A program made the translations under genes and the position numbers. From positions 9,917 to 73,916 of the forward strand of contig OMWW01000007.1 of NCBI GenBank assembly GCA_900314865.1: 64,000 nucleotides of DNA. The letters are read 5' to 3'. Positions 62,252 to 64,000 of the stretch are shown piece after piece (within the stretch, counting starts at the first letter, position 1; each line of letters opens with the position of its first letter). Below the pieces are notes generated by a model. The model did not search any database. It was given only the letters and a program-made list of their open reading frames with translations, and had not been told where the DNA came from. This stretch comes from an uncultured Erysipelotrichaceae bacterium (GTDB taxonomy: Bacteria > Bacillota_I > Bacilli_A > RFN20 > CAG-826).

Positions 62252-63025
62252 ATGAAAAAGGTTGGTAATTTTTTTAGATATATCTTCCGTGATTCCAAAT
62301 TTGGAAAATTCTGGATTAAGGCACATTTACAATATCTTGCTTTAGCAGGTTTGATGTACGGAATTAAAGCAGGTTTATATTTCTTAATTGCGTATATTCC
62401 TGCCGATCCAATTTATTTCCATCACACGATTGATAGTAACATTCCTCTTGTTCCATTCTTTTATTTCTTTTACTTACTTTATTACATTGTTCCAGAAATA
62501 TTTATTTGGATTCTCTCATTCTTTGATAGAAAGAAAGCGGTTACTATTGTTGTTGCAGGTGTATCCTCTACAATCATTGCATGTATCGTCTTCCTTATTC
62601 AACAAGTTAAGATGGCTCGTCCAGAAGCAGAAATGCTCGCTTATAGCGAATTCTCCTCGGTTCATAACTTGAATGACTTATTTAAATACGGTATCAACTG
62701 GCAATATCACGCGGATGAAACCGCACTCAACTGCTTCCCATCCTTACACGCGACAGTCGGTATGGCTTTAGCGATGGTGGGCTTATGGACTGGAAAAGAC
62801 GAGAAACACTTCCCAATTGGCTTACGTATCTTCTGTACTTTATTCGGATTTGGTATCGTGATGTCCACATTCTTCGTCAAACAACATTACTTTGTTGATG
62901 CGATTATGGGAGCGTTCTTATTCACATTCTTCTATTTCCAATTCAAGTGGTTCTTTGTCCCATTATATTTGGCTCGCAAAGAAGCAAAATTAGCCAAATT
63001 AGAAGAAAAGAAATTAGAGGCTTAA
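62252..63025 (+). CDS. PAP2-superfamily membrane phosphatase/transferase
   Basis: K..ARP, PSLH and HYFVD motifs in a 6-TM protein. Confidence 0.7.
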   Translation: MKKVGNFFRYIFRDSKFGKFWIKAHLQYLALAGLMYGIKAGLYFLIAYIPADPIYFHHTIDSNIPLVPFFYFFYLLYYIVPEIFIWILSFFDRKKAVTIVVAGVSSTIIACIVFLIQQVKMARPEAEMLAYSEFSSVHNLNDLFKYGINWQYHADETALNCFPSLHATVGMALAMVGLWTGKDEKHFPIGLRIFCTLFGFGIVMSTFFVKQHYFVDAIMGAFLFTFFYFQFKWFFVPLYLARKEAKLAKLEEKKLEA

Positions 63026-63074
63026 ATTTACTTTACAAACAGGAGATATTCTTATAAGATATCTCTTGCGATTT

Positions 63075-63151
63075 GGCGAACGTGGTGAAGTGGTTAACAC
63101 ATCTGGCTGTGAACCAGACACTCGTGAGTTCGATTCTCATCGTTCGCCCCA
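63075..63151 (+). tRNA. tRNA-His(GUG): tRNA-His, anticodon GUG
   Basis: Extra G-1 pairs with C73 (GGCGAACG/CGUUCGCC). Loop CUGUGAA and encoded CCA. Confidence 0.9.
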
Positions 63152-63164
63152 AACTGCAAAAAAT

Positions 63165-63190
63165 GTTCCCATGTGAAGGGAACTTTTTTT
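63165..63190 (+). terminator. tRNA-His terminator
   Basis: GTTCCC/GGGAAC stem followed by T7. Confidence 0.75.
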
Positions 63191-63270
63191 CTTCTTTTGT
63201 ATTCCATTAATATCAATAATTTGTATAATGAATATGATAAATACTTTTTATGAATAAAAAGGAGAAACAT

Positions 63271-64000
63271 ATGAAGAAAAGAATTCTCTTTATGGGTTTG
63301 CTTTTAAGCACACTCGTACTTTCAAGTTGTGGAGGATCATCTGGTGGAGATGGTGGAGGTAACACTCCAGAACCTGGTCCACAGATAATAGAAGTTACTG
63401 ACTTTGAAATTGATAACGTTTTTGGCGTGATTAATCTTGCTCCAGGCGGAACTTTTGAAGTTACCTATACGATTAGTCCAGAAGACGCGACTGATAAGAC
63501 TGTTTCTTGGAGAAGTAGCGATACAACTGTTGCAACAGTAACCGCTGGTGTTATCACTGCAGTTGGTAATGGTGAAGCTGTTATTACTGGTTCTATCGGT
63601 CATTTCTCAGATTCTGTTAATGTTAAAGTTTCTTCTGATCCAACCGATATTGAATTAGATCGTCAATCTTTAGAAATAAGAAAAGGTGACGTTGCTACTT
63701 TAGAAGCTACTGTATATCCAATTGGTTCTACCTATAGTGGTATTACTTGGAGAAGTAGTAATGAAGGCATTGCTACTGTTGTAGATGGTGTGGTCACCGC
63801 TCTTAATCGTGGTTTTGTTACAATCACTGCTTCTATTGAAGAATTTGGTTTAAGCACCAGCTGTGAAGTTGAAGTTAGCGAATATTTCTCTATCACAAGA
63901 GGTGAAGATAGTTTTGAAGATATTACCCTTATTTATCCTCAAGAAGGAAAATATGATGAAAAGATTGTTGTTGAAGTCAGTGAAGCAGTCGCTGATACAT
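63271..64000 (+). CDS. Lipoprotein with tandem Big_2-type Ig-like domains (3' end runs off the window)
   Basis: My own translation: MKKRILFMGLLLSTLVLSSCGG..., then two TVSWRSSD/ITWRSSN...ATV...G.VTA Big_2 signatures. AAAGGAGA ribosome-binding site. Absent from the ORF track because no stop falls in the window. Confidence 0.8.
   Translation, partial: MKKRILFMGLLLSTLVLSSCGGSSGGDGGGNTPEPGPQIIEVTDFEIDNVFGVINLAPGGTFEVTYTISPEDATDKTVSWRSSDTTVATVTAGVITAVGNGEAVITGSIGHFSDSVNVKVSSDPTDIELDRQSLEIRKGDVATLEATVYPIGSTYSGITWRSSNEGIATVVDGVVTALNRGFVTITASIEEFGLSTSCEVEVSEYFSITRGEDSFEDITLIYPQEGKYDEKIVVEVSEAVADT

Overview
Low-GC chromosomal segment (about one-third G+C by eye) from a Firmicutes/Mollicutes-type bacterium. 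It uses the standard genetic code: TGA is a stop, for example at 18170-18172. Gene order follows the Bacillus subtilis chromosome (cmk-der-hup, cca-dnaD-nth, recU, gpsB-rnpB, pgsA-cinA-recA-rny-ymdB, miaB-ymcA, miaA), but rpsA, ponA and hfq are absent from their usual slots. Surface proteins carry lipoboxes. This fits a reduced, possibly wall-less lineage (Acholeplasma- or Erysipelotrichia-like), which is inference only. I support about 60 protein genes, mostly housekeeping: translation and tRNA modification, glycolysis (pgi, gpmI), rex-adhE, metK, and four ABC proteins. I also support 8 tRNA genes (all encoding CCA), a type-B RNase P RNA, a divergent SAM-I-like riboswitch before metK, and one TnpB-only IS200/IS605-family element. 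No CRISPR array, rRNA or prophage was seen. The best candidates for something new are: (1) the 568-nt gene-free gap at 5752-6319, which holds a 25-codon hydrophobic mini-ORF inside a 14-bp long-range helix and lies fully antisense to a promoter-plus-terminator-defined sRNA candidate (type I toxin-antitoxin-like or a structured RNA); (2) the TnpB element with direct-orientation subterminal hairpins beside tRNA-Gln; (3) a cluster of paralogous, modular, very acidic lipoproteins with in-frame 9-nt and 21-nt tandem repeats; (4) a choline-kinase-like/Nfu-domain fusion protein; (5) tandem MacB-type fused ABC proteins whose ribosome-binding site sits inside the upstream terminator. All functional calls rest on motif recognition from memory. 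No database search was run.
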